The notes below the pieces were generated by a model, which had not been told where the DNA came from, did no database searches, and saw only the letters and a list, made by a program, of their open reading frames with translations. A program made the position numbers and the translations under genes. A DNA stretch of 64,000 nucleotides from Bdellovibrionota bacterium. GTDB taxonomy: Bacteria; Bdellovibrionota_C; UBA2361; JBGSMV01. The first letter of the stretch is position 1. Each line of letters starts with the position of its first letter. Location: positions 34,738 through 98,737 of the forward strand of contig JBGSMV010000080.1 in the NCBI GenBank assembly GCA_041739995.1, in the 5' to 3' direction. This document shows, in pieces, positions 46,454 to 55,684 of the stretch.

Positions 46454-48745
46454 TCACTCGCTCCCTAGATCCGCTGATTGCGGCCGCTTGTCGTCAATGC
46501 GGGCCTGATAGATATCAAGCGAAGTCTTCGGCCCTTCATTCGAAATGTGTTTACTCGGCGCTGCCTTAGTGCTGGATGAGCGTGAGCTTCCAACCCCCTT
46601 GCTGGTAGAAGATTCCGCAGCAGGCCCCTGAGACACCGAAGCTTCACCACTTTGAATTGCTCGCACCTTGCGCAGCAAACGTTGCACTCTTGGATCGAAG
46701 TTGCTTACTCCACGACGCTTCTGCAGCACCACCAGCAGATCCGAAAGCTCATTAAGTCGTTCAGCGCTTGATAACGATCTTTCTTCATCAAATTGTTCAA
46801 GTAAAGACTTCATAAGTTTTGCCTTAATTTGCAGATCCGCCACACCGGATATCTCGCGCAGGATATGGCGCGTCACTTCACTCAATAGCTTAAGGCGCAT
46901 AAGGTGCTGCTGACGCTGAGTACTCAAGCGTCGACTTTCCACAGTTCGTACCTCACGCGACACTGGTCTACGATCGCGTTCTACTTTGCGTAACTCCTGT
47001 GGGCGCTCCCCAGCTCTCCGCAGGTGTCGCTCTGCTCGTTCCTTTGAGCGTTCAGTGCGAGGGACCTTGTCGCGAGCGTCTTTCTTATCAAGCTTTTGAA
47101 CGGACGGTTCTCTCTTGGTGGTGACCTTCTGCCTCGCGAGATCACGCTCTTTGAGTGTCGTAGGTGACTGGATGCGCTGCAGTCGCTGTATGGCAGAATA
47201 CTTACGAGCGAAAGTGGTTAGTCCATCGACCTTTCCACGTAGCTCCTGCATCGAAGGAAGTCTCGATACCAGACGTTTACGCTGTGCTGCAATCTGGTCG
47301 GGATTAGCACGAACACCAACTGCCGTGCTCCTTTTGCTTATTAGTTGGGCAGTCGTCGGTTGGTTCCTCCGAAGCTGCAACGATTGGATGGCCGCCATCC
47401 TTGCTTGTGCCTGTTGAGCGCGCAGAGATGCATTTTCAGCTACTATACGAACGCTTGGCACTTCAACCTTTTTATTGCGACTGCGAACGGCCGATGCCAG
47501 CACCTGCTCCGGTCGTTTGTGACTGCTGTGTCTACCTTTGACTTCCTGTCGAGCAATTGTTCGGGAAGCAATTGGACCTCTGCCCTGACTCGTCCTAGAT
47601 AAAGTTGCGGCTACCGAACTACGAAATCTTGGAGCGGCAAGTCTTGGCGCTGAAGTGGGAGGTTCTCGACGTAACGGATTAGAGCGCGTCTCTCGATCAC
47701 GACGGACTTCGGGAGAGTGCTCGCGTTTGGTTGCCTCTTTGGAAATATTTGACCCCTCGCGATCTCTCTGCGCCCTAGCTTCACTACGACCCCTGGTATC
47801 GGCTTGAGCCCTGGATTCGAGCGGTTTAAGTCGCTCATTCTGTTTTGCCAAAATAGCTAGAGAAGTCGCCTTTTCCTTTTCTAGTTGGGGTTCCTTAGGC
47901 GTATCGATCTTTTTGGCTCCCTCTTTGCCTTCACGAGAAATCGCTTTCTCCACCTTCTCCTGGGTGGCCTTCGTAACTACCTGGGCCTCTTTGTAGTGCT
48001 CGTCCTGTCGTCGAGCAGCAATGCGCGCGGATTCTGCTTGCTCAGCTTCACGAACGGTAGTGATGGTTCTTGGCTGCGCTGCCGTTTCAGTCGAGGGACT
48101 CTCTCTTATTGCTTCAGCTAGTTTTTGAAGGGGAGCCTCTCTCACGATCGTAGGCTCGGTGGGCGCTTTGATCAGGCGTGGTTCGGCGGTAACCGTCGTC
48201 TCAACGGTAGTCGCAGGTGCCGCGGGAGTGGTCGGCGGAGTATTTACCCGCTCATCAGCTCTTAATGTAGGGCGAAGATTGTTGGGATCATTCACCGGGG
48301 GAAGTCCAGTGACATCCACGGCAGGAAGTACCGACTGCATCGGGACAATATCGAGAGGGACCGGAGAGTTTTCCTTGAGGACTAAAGCATTTTCCGGAGA
48401 ATTTAACTTTTCAAAGTCTTTCTGTGTAGCCAACGCATCTTTGGACAGTTCGGCGTGCTCTGCGATCTTCTGTTCTAGGCCTTGGGGAGTATCAGCAATC
48501 AGAATATTGTCGAAATTTAAATCCTCTTCCGGGGGAATCTGCGCTGCAATCTTTGCGGCTAGTTCTGGATCTTTCGCCGCATTCTCAGCGAGTTCCCCTA
48601 ATTTGCACCCCGGGCAAGCTCCAGTGCACCCCTCGCATTTATGAACGGGAACATTTGTGGAAGTGTCTGTTGAAGTATGTGTGTGATCGGCACTGGCAAC
48701 AGCATCCGCAACCAGCCTTTCAACATCTACGTTAAATATAGACAC
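46454..48745 (-). CDS. Hypothetical 763-aa very basic, Arg/Lys/Glu-rich low-complexity protein with an N-terminal Cys cluster (CEGCTGACPGC)
   Basis: Single long ORF. Extreme R/K/E/Q bias with RxxR-type periodicity over ~500 aa. No recognised enzymatic domain. Confidence 0.5.
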   Translation of the reverse strand: MSIFNVDVERLVADAVASADHTHTSTDTSTNVPVHKCEGCTGACPGCKLGELAENAAKDPELAAKIAAQIPPEEDLNFDNILIADTPQGLEQKIAEHAELSKDALATQKDFEKLNSPENALVLKENSPVPLDIVPMQSVLPAVDVTGLPPVNDPNNLRPTLRADERVNTPPTTPAAPATTVETTVTAEPRLIKAPTEPTIVREAPLQKLAEAIRESPSTETAAQPRTITTVREAEQAESARIAARRQDEHYKEAQVVTKATQEKVEKAISREGKEGAKKIDTPKEPQLEKEKATSLAILAKQNERLKPLESRAQADTRGRSEARAQRDREGSNISKEATKREHSPEVRRDRETRSNPLRREPPTSAPRLAAPRFRSSVAATLSRTSQGRGPIASRTIARQEVKGRHSSHKRPEQVLASAVRSRNKKVEVPSVRIVAENASLRAQQAQARMAAIQSLQLRRNQPTTAQLISKRSTAVGVRANPDQIAAQRKRLVSRLPSMQELRGKVDGLTTFARKYSAIQRLQRIQSPTTLKERDLARQKVTTKREPSVQKLDKKDARDKVPRTERSKERAERHLRRAGERPQELRKVERDRRPVSREVRTVESRRLSTQRQQHLMRLKLLSEVTRHILREISGVADLQIKAKLMKSLLEQFDEERSLSSAERLNELSDLLVVLQKRRGVSNFDPRVQRLLRKVRAIQSGEASVSQGPAAESSTSKGVGSSRSSSTKAAPSKHISNEGPKTSLDIYQARIDDKRPQSADLGSE

Positions 48746-48753
48746 AAGCTAAA

Positions 48754-49362
48754 CTATGCTGTGCTGCCTGATACGGCACTGCCTGAAACAGCGCCGCCTG
48801 AGCCTGTCAGGATCTGCAGCATTTGTTGAACCCGTGGACTGGCATCGCCTTGCTCCCACTTCCTTCCACCATGATGAACGGTCGCGCTGTTTACTCTGAC
48901 TGCTCCCGGCGTAGCGCCTGCTTCGACTGCTTTCGCCTCCGACTTAGCGGCCAATCTTTTGCCTGCAGGACACTCGTCAATGGTGAAGCGCATAAACAAA
49001 TGCGTATTAACTGAACCGTCCTCCAAACCTTCAAATCCGATAATTTTAATAAAGCCACATTCGACCACGCTCGTGGTAGGCATGTGCTCGTCTTTAACCT
49101 CGGTCAGCCCCTTTAAGGTCGCGGCTAGAAGCGCCTGGGTCGCCGGAGTAACTTCTAAATCCCTCACCCAAAGTCCACCTTTCACATAACGCTCGAGCCC
49201 TGGGGAGCTGGGCACTTGTCGAAACCCGCTGGCTTGAAGCCACTCTTTTGCTGCTGGTTCACTCATAGGGGCGTCAAGTTTTTCCACTGGTGCTCCCGCT
49301 AAACTCTGAAGAACATTAAGTGAGATTCGGCCTGTAGTCGGCTGAGATGGAGATATGCTCAT
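48754..49362 (-). CDS. Hypothetical protein (202 aa), co-oriented and adjacent (8-nt gap) to the basic 763-aa protein
   Basis: ORF with a plausible start. No family recognised. Confidence 0.4.
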   Translation of the reverse strand: MSISPSQPTTGRISLNVLQSLAGAPVEKLDAPMSEPAAKEWLQASGFRQVPSSPGLERYVKGGLWVRDLEVTPATQALLAATLKGLTEVKDEHMPTTSVVECGFIKIIGFEGLEDGSVNTHLFMRFTIDECPAGKRLAAKSEAKAVEAGATPGAVRVNSATVHHGGRKWEQGDASPRVQQMLQILTGSGGAVSGSAVSGSTA

Positions 49363-49592
49363 AAATTCAACATCTTAACAGTTGGCATTACCATTTGCCG
49401 AAGCTATGTATCATTGAACTACATGCTATGGCAAGCAACAACATGAAGGCTAGAAGCTTCTCATGGCACCCCGGCCGAGGCCTCGCGACCCCATGTATTA
49501 GGTCCACGAAATGGCAAGTAAGTCTCGGTGGGCCAAGCCGCCGTACGGGCACTCAGCGCATGGCAGAAGTTGCGGCGACCCCAGCCCTTCCG

Positions 49593-49635
49593 GATTCGTC
49601 TCAGAGATGTTGGGGTATGATGTTGGGGTATGCAG
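49593..49635 (+). repeat. Copy 3 of the recurring motif (GGATTCGTCTCAGAGATGTTGGGGTATGATGTTGGGGTATGCAGG), with an internal duplicated GATGTTGGGGTATG
   Basis: Read directly. It lies in the ~700-bp gap between 49362 and 50063, and only short overlapping ORFs without support cover it. Confidence 0.55.
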
Positions 49636-50062
49636 GAAACTTCTCGGCGATCGATCGCTGACCCTCCAGTGCTAGCGACTCTCACCACTACTGGGACCGA
49701 CTAAGGCAGAAACAGCACATTCGAAACGCTGACACCCAGCTGAGTCGGGTTCCCCATGGTTTCAAATACAGTCACGGTTAACGTAACGGTTCGGGCATCG
49801 GCGCGCGGAGAGACATTAGCCGTTGCCTGTCCGAAGGCATTCTCGGTTTCCGCAAATACGTTCAGCAGCAGATTATTCGGACGCAAAAGCACGGAAAAGG
49901 TAATGCTGTTGCCCTCTGAAAATATCACTTCGCCACTTATCGGCCCGGAGAATGCCAGAGAGAGTCCCTCCCGCAGGGAAGATTCGGCATCCATAAGGCG
50001 CTCCAAGGTTCCTTCCGCTCCAGAGTTCCTTCAAACCTTTGGTAACGACCCGACACTGGTGA

Positions 50063-51301
50063 TTAGCCAGCCACCTCCGGCACTTCAAGCTTCCACTCCG
50101 GTAACCAACGCTCGCGAAAATCTCGGATGACGTTCATGAAGTTAATGAAGGCCTCATACGGGCTCTCGTATGGACTAAAGTAGGCGTGCACGTCTCCGTC
50201 AGCAAACCACTTAGTGCACATGTAATAGAAGTGATCCGACGTAAGAAGCTTGCGCCATGTATCGAGCACCAAAGGATCAACCGCGTCGCCAAACTTATCT
50301 TTGAGCCTCTGCCCAATCTCATATACAAGATTCAGCGCACTGTTTTGCATGCGGTTTCCACGCCACGCCGTAAGATCGCGTTCAACATCAGCCCACGAAG
50401 TGAGTCGATGAAATGGCAGCTCCGCTCTGGAAGGATAACGATCAATAACCTGTGATGGCGTGGCAAAATTCCAGTCGGGTTTACGAAGAATCATCTCAGG
50501 AAGATGTTTTAAGAACTCGAAAATCCCAGTGTCAGCCCACTGATGCTCTCCAAAGGTTTCATAATCCATGAAGAGGTTCACCACATCGCCGCCGCCACTT
50601 ACCTCATGCACCCAGCCCGCAAACTTTTCTGCAGTGAGCGGCCATTCGGGCCAGCCGCGATTCGAGAAACGAAAGGCGATGTCGTCAGAAAGGCGGTAAT
50701 TCTTCAGCAGAAGTTTAACCTCTCGGCCTGAAGTAAGCTGCCTTGGCACCGAATACACGAAGTTCGGAGTGCGCCACCCAAGAACGTCGTCCGCACCTTC
50801 TGCAATCACTGCATCAAACCCAAGCTCACTGACCAACTGGCCAACTTCATCTGAATAGATAAGTTCAGTATTTCTAAAAACTCTCGGCGTTTGTCCAAAT
50901 AGCTCTTTTACCAACTCGCGGTGCTTTGCCACCTGCTCGCGAAACTCATCAGCGTGATAGACCGCAGCGAGTGAGTGGTAATAGGTCTCGTTGACGAATT
51001 CCACCGCACCGGTTTCGGCAAGTTTCTCAAAACTTCGCAAAGTCTCCGGTGAATACAGCTTCATCTGCTCGATTGCGGTGCCAGTGATCGAGTAAGCAAT
51101 TCGAAACGCTCCTTGGTGGCGCTTCACCAGCTCAAGCATAGTGGCATTAGTGGGAAGATAGCACTTCTCGGCTACCTTCTTCAGCACAGTGCCGTTCTTC
51201 TCATCATCAAAGTAAATGTGATCGTGGTTCACCTGGAAGAACGAGTAGCGCTTTATGCGAAACGGTTGGTGTACCTGAAAATAGAAGCATACTGATGGCA
51301 T
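50063..51301 (-). CDS. Glycoside hydrolase family 57 protein (alpha-glucan branching / amylopullulanase-type)
   Basis: N-terminal CFYFQVHQPFRIKRY is the hallmark GH57 start. 412 aa. Confidence 0.8.
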   Translation of the reverse strand: MPSVCFYFQVHQPFRIKRYSFFQVNHDHIYFDDEKNGTVLKKVAEKCYLPTNATMLELVKRHQGAFRIAYSITGTAIEQMKLYSPETLRSFEKLAETGAVEFVNETYYHSLAAVYHADEFREQVAKHRELVKELFGQTPRVFRNTELIYSDEVGQLVSELGFDAVIAEGADDVLGWRTPNFVYSVPRQLTSGREVKLLLKNYRLSDDIAFRFSNRGWPEWPLTAEKFAGWVHEVSGGGDVVNLFMDYETFGEHQWADTGIFEFLKHLPEMILRKPDWNFATPSQVIDRYPSRAELPFHRLTSWADVERDLTAWRGNRMQNSALNLVYEIGQRLKDKFGDAVDPLVLDTWRKLLTSDHFYYMCTKWFADGDVHAYFSPYESPYEAFINFMNVIRDFRERWLPEWKLEVPEVAG

Positions 51302-51353
51302 AAGTCTTTACTGCGATAGCTTGGGACCAAGTTCAAAGTTAAATTGCCCCCGA

Positions 51354-52727
51354 CTAACACACCCTCCTGTACACCTCGACCGTTTTTATCGCCGAGGCCT
51401 CCCAATGCAATCGCCGCACCTCGTTTCGCGCCATCGAGATCATGTCCTCGCGCAACTCAGGGTGAAGCAGCGCGTTAATCATAAGATCGGCCAAACGCTC
51501 GATGTCCCAAAAATCGACTTTGAGCGCATGCGAGAGCACTTCCGACACCCCTGACTGACGCGAGATTATGACCGGAGTCTCAAACTTAATCGCTTCAAGC
51601 GCAGAAATGCCAAACGGCTCAGACACCGATGGCATTACGTACACGTCGGCGAGCGAAAACATCTCTTCGACTTCCTGTCCTCTTAAGAAGCCTGGAAAGT
51701 AGAAATTATCCTGAAGCCCCAACTCATGCACTCGGTCGATCATGCGTTGGCGCATGTCCCCAGTGCCCGCCATCACGAACAATACATCCGGCACAATCGG
51801 CACGACCTTTGCCGCTGCTTCCACAAAATAGTCAGGACCTTTCTGGAAGGTGATTCTTCCCAGAAAAAGAACTATGCGCGATGGCCAGCGCCGATCACTG
51901 CGATAGCGCTCACGCACCGTGTCGGAATAAACCCCATTATGTACCACCGCAATTTTTTCAAGCGGGATACCGTATTGTTCATTCAGAATGCGCCGCGTGT
52001 AATAACTCACGGCGATGATGACGTCTGCGTTCTCAAGACCCCAGCGCTCGACGCCAAAAATCTGGTCATTTACATGTGCGCCGCTACGATCAAATTCGGC
52101 GCTATGCACATGCAACACAAGCGGACGCCCCGTCATTTTTTTTAAAGTGACTCCGGCAGGAAAAGTCATCCAATCGTGGCAATGAATCACGTCGAATGAA
52201 TAGCCGGAGAAAAGTTCACTAATGCGTGCGGCGTAACGGCTCACCTCACCAAACATGTCCCAAGAGTAGTGCACTGACGGATTACGCGCAGAGGTTGGAG
52301 AAAGGGCTCCTGATTCAATGCCTACCGAGTCTAATTCTGCTCGAAGACTGGCGCCGCGCGTTGAGAGCTCGCCTGCGAGCGCCTTCAGTTTCGAAACGTA
52401 GTCGTCGAAGGTTTCCGGAGTAAGGTAGGGCATGAGCATGGCGGGAACTCGCTTGGTGCGAACTCTGCCCTTGGCAGGAAACTGTAGCCCGTCGTCCGCT
52501 TCCTCAGTTTCGTCTGAGATATGGAGCGTCCCGCGCTCGTCCGTGATACGCCCGTGCGAATCGACAAGGTGGACATGATCTGATTTTTCACCACCGAACA
52601 GTTCTGGAACGACGAAAGTGACGTCTACTCCGTGGCGAGCAAGTCCAGTGGTAAGCCCCTCGCATGCGGTACCGAGGCCTCCACTGATGTGAGGGGGGAA
52701 CTCCCAACCCAACATTAAGACGCGCAT
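51354..52727 (-). CDS. GT4-family glycosyltransferase (alpha-glucan / glycogen-synthase-like)
   Basis: MRVLMLGWEFPPHISGGLGTACEGL N-terminus and a C-terminal GT4 EX7E region (FVMPSVSEPFGISALEA). Confidence 0.8.
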   Translation of the reverse strand: MRVLMLGWEFPPHISGGLGTACEGLTTGLARHGVDVTFVVPELFGGEKSDHVHLVDSHGRITDERGTLHISDETEEADDGLQFPAKGRVRTKRVPAMLMPYLTPETFDDYVSKLKALAGELSTRGASLRAELDSVGIESGALSPTSARNPSVHYSWDMFGEVSRYAARISELFSGYSFDVIHCHDWMTFPAGVTLKKMTGRPLVLHVHSAEFDRSGAHVNDQIFGVERWGLENADVIIAVSYYTRRILNEQYGIPLEKIAVVHNGVYSDTVRERYRSDRRWPSRIVLFLGRITFQKGPDYFVEAAAKVVPIVPDVLFVMAGTGDMRQRMIDRVHELGLQDNFYFPGFLRGQEVEEMFSLADVYVMPSVSEPFGISALEAIKFETPVIISRQSGVSEVLSHALKVDFWDIERLADLMINALLHPELREDMISMARNEVRRLHWEASAIKTVEVYRRVC

Positions 52728-53053
52728 GACTACTCCGTGCTTCCCGCTATGACCACACACCGCCAGCGAAAATTCTCACTGACAATTCCAATTCGCCCGC
52801 CCAGTAGTAACCCGCGCAATAAGACAGCGCTTTCCACACCCTCCCAAAAGTTCAATCTTCTGAGAGTGCGGAGAAATGAGAAAAATGCAATGACTTCAGA
52901 CGGCTAAGCGTCGAAACTATAACCACACAATAGTGCAAAGTCCAACTTCTCTGCTCCACCACTCGGGGCGAGTGTGTTAAGACCAACCCGTATGGGCAGC
53001 GAACCAGGCAGCCCGCGAGCATACCCACAGGACTACTGAAACGGAGAGATTCC

Positions 53054-54103
53054 ATGACAGACGACTCAAAGACCTCTGACATCAAGGTGGCTCTTCAAGA
53101 CGGAGCACCATCAGGAAGAATCCTGGTGGGAGATGTCGGAGGAACTAAGACGCAGTTTGGGCTCTACGAGACCAGCGGGGGCCAGCTGGTGCGTACTCAC
53201 GTGCAGCGCTACCAGAGCGACTCGGCGCCAACGTTCCAGGAACTGGCGAAACAATTTCTCAAAGAGGCCGGGGCTAACGGGGCGGAAGCGGCCTGTTTTG
53301 GAGTTCCGGGTCCAGTCAACAAGGGTGTCGTCAAGGCCACCAATCTTCCTTGGCTCTTGTCTGAACAAGAACTCAAACGCGACTTGAACATTTCAAAGGT
53401 TCGCCTAGTTAATGATCTGGTTGCCTACACCGCTGCCATTCCGTTTTTTAGCCGTGCTGATTTGATGGTGCTGCATGAGGGTTCTGCTGAACGCAACAAG
53501 AGTCTCGCCTGCGTACTGGCACCAGGAACGGGTTTGGGCATGGCATTTCTCCATATCTTTAATGGCGTTCCTCATCCGCTACCCTCCGAAGGAGGACATG
53601 CCAACTTTGCACCGAACTCGGATCTGGAAATTGAGTTACTCAAGTATCTAAAACGCGAGTTTCCCACTTCGGTAAGTTGTGAGCGCTTGCTGTGTGGCCC
53701 AGGTCTCTACAACATTTACCGCTTTCTAACCGAGACCGGTGTCGAGAAGGAATCGCCGACAGTACATGAGCAGTTATCGAACGGAAATCGCGCTCGAGTC
53801 ATTTCGCAGATGGCCCAAGAACAAGCAGATCCTGCCTGCGAGAGAGCGCTAGACTTGTTCGTTTCTATTCTAGGTGGTCACGCCAGCAATCTAGTTCTGA
53901 CTTTTCTTGCCACCGGTGGCGTGTATCTTGGAGGTGGAATTCCGCCAAAGATAGCCAAGAAACTTTCAGACGGATCTTTTATGCGTGCGTTTTTAGAGAA
54001 GCAACGCTTGAAAGAAGTAGTGGAACAGACTCCGGTGTATGTCATCAAGGATGATAAGGCAGCATTGTTGGGGGCGGCGGTGCTGGCGCAAAGAATGCGA
54101 TAG
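53054..54103 (+). CDS. glk: Glucokinase (Glk family)
   Basis: ILVGDVGGTKTQFGLYE (glk N-terminal ATP motif) and the overall 349-aa Glk architecture. Confidence 0.75.
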   Translation: MTDDSKTSDIKVALQDGAPSGRILVGDVGGTKTQFGLYETSGGQLVRTHVQRYQSDSAPTFQELAKQFLKEAGANGAEAACFGVPGPVNKGVVKATNLPWLLSEQELKRDLNISKVRLVNDLVAYTAAIPFFSRADLMVLHEGSAERNKSLACVLAPGTGLGMAFLHIFNGVPHPLPSEGGHANFAPNSDLEIELLKYLKREFPTSVSCERLLCGPGLYNIYRFLTETGVEKESPTVHEQLSNGNRARVISQMAQEQADPACERALDLFVSILGGHASNLVLTFLATGGVYLGGGIPPKIAKKLSDGSFMRAFLEKQRLKEVVEQTPVYVIKDDKAALLGAAVLAQRMR

Positions 54104-54202
54104 AACAATGCTTGACTGTGAGCGGATCAACTGTCGCAAAGTGGGGAGAGAGACGAAACGTCCGAGCCCGAAGCTTTATTCACTATGGCAAACGCGAGTT
54201 CT

Positions 54203-55426
54203 TTATTTGAACGGCCCAATTCGCGTTAATGCCTGATCGAAGAACGTCACTTGGTCGGGGGTCGGACTCTCTATCGACAGCTGTTCAGCCCCTACGCACA
54301 ACCGATCGAGCGGGAGTTCCCGCACTAGCAGCCATCGCTTGAGTGCACCCACGGATTGCTCCTCTCGGCTAAATGCTAAAAATGTTACGAATCCAGTAGT
54401 ATCGAACGCGCCTGAACCGACGATGGCCGCTCCACTTTCAGGACTGACCTCTCGCAACTGTGCGATTATTGGGTCGGCTCCAAGTACTATGATCTGCGAA
54501 AGCCTTGACGCCGCTTCCCCCAACTGCTGATCAGCGTCAACTATCGCACCTCTAGGGGTCTGCCCACGCTCTGCCGCTTGAAGATCTGAGTCGAGCATCT
54601 TGATCAAAAGACTCGTGCTGCGAAAACGATTGGAGGCGATCTCTTCCCCCCATAATTTCGTTCCGTAAATTGAAACTGCTTCCCTTAAGAGAATTAGCTG
54701 TCCCACGCTCTCGCGTATCGCTGAGCTCCCATCTCCGACAGAGTTCGATTCATGCCCATCCGCAAGCACCGCAAGCCTATCCCGCCCCGTTACAGAGTAG
54801 ACGTCCCGGCTTGAATTCCCTAACCGCTCATCTCGGCGAAACCACTCGCTCAGTTCGCGCGCTGCAGACAGTTTTAACTCCGATGCGACTTCAGGATTTA
54901 AACTTGCTTCCTCGAGACTAACTCTACCGGCAACCCGGAGGGCGAAGTCAGACATGGCGCGGATGGATATTCTCTCGTTCGCAGGTGCTCGCGTTCCTAG
55001 ATCATTCAAGTAGGCACCCAGAGTGGCAAACTCGCCAACTACGGGATCGTTGACCACAGCCGTAAGGGCAATATCTCGCCGCTGATCATTGTTGGCATCT
55101 ATGGCCGCTCTCTCGTGGATAACCACCGATACGTTTTCAGGAGGTAACCCGCGCAACAGTTGCGTAAATTGATCTTCTGAGAGTACTCCAGGGTCGGAGG
55201 GTTGCTGTGTTGAGGTCACGGCGCTCTCCGTCTCAGTAGCAGAATCGTCCACTGGCGCCGAAGTGTTATCCGAAATACGCACTTCTCGACTGTCTGCAGA
55301 ATCAGAAATACCAGGCGTACTCGAACGCGAACTTGCACAACCAGCAAGCGCAAGCATGGTCGCTCCGGAGATGGCGCCGATTGAAGCACTTCGTGTAAGT
55401 GACGGCGGTATGAGTTTATGAAACAT
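54203..55426 (-). CDS. Hypothetical lipoprotein
   Basis: Lipobox signal ...MLALAGC at the N-terminus followed by a Ser/Thr/Asp-rich linker. 407 aa. Confidence 0.5.
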   Translation of the reverse strand: MFHKLIPPSLTRSASIGAISGATMLALAGCASSRSSTPGISDSADSREVRISDNTSAPVDDSATETESAVTSTQQPSDPGVLSEDQFTQLLRGLPPENVSVVIHERAAIDANNDQRRDIALTAVVNDPVVGEFATLGAYLNDLGTRAPANERISIRAMSDFALRVAGRVSLEEASLNPEVASELKLSAARELSEWFRRDERLGNSSRDVYSVTGRDRLAVLADGHESNSVGDGSSAIRESVGQLILLREAVSIYGTKLWGEEIASNRFRSTSLLIKMLDSDLQAAERGQTPRGAIVDADQQLGEAASRLSQIIVLGADPIIAQLREVSPESGAAIVGSGAFDTTGFVTFLAFSREEQSVGALKRWLLVRELPLDRLCVGAEQLSIESPTPDQVTFFDQALTRIGPFK

Positions 55427-55684
55427 GAGAGCAGCACCTCCAGCAAGAATTGAAGGGACACTATAAGTAGATCTGAATTCCTAATCAAAACGCCGTATTA
55501 TAAATTTGACTACCGGGGCCTAACCTCGCATTGTTTGGGGTCTTCGGGGACTTAGGCCTCCTGGAAATAACCTTCGTGGCGTCCAGGGCGGCGTAGAGAG
55601 AACCTTCGACACTGACGACGCGCTTCTAAAACGGCGCTTTTCGCTGAAGCGGCGTCTTCAGATTTACTTTAGAGGAACAATAAA

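Noticed and set aside
49395-49688. Small ORFs 49395..49661 (+) and 49461..49688 (-) in the gap containing motif copy 3
   Set aside because: They are mutually overlapping, lie across a repeated non-coding motif and have no domain. I treated the region as intergenic.
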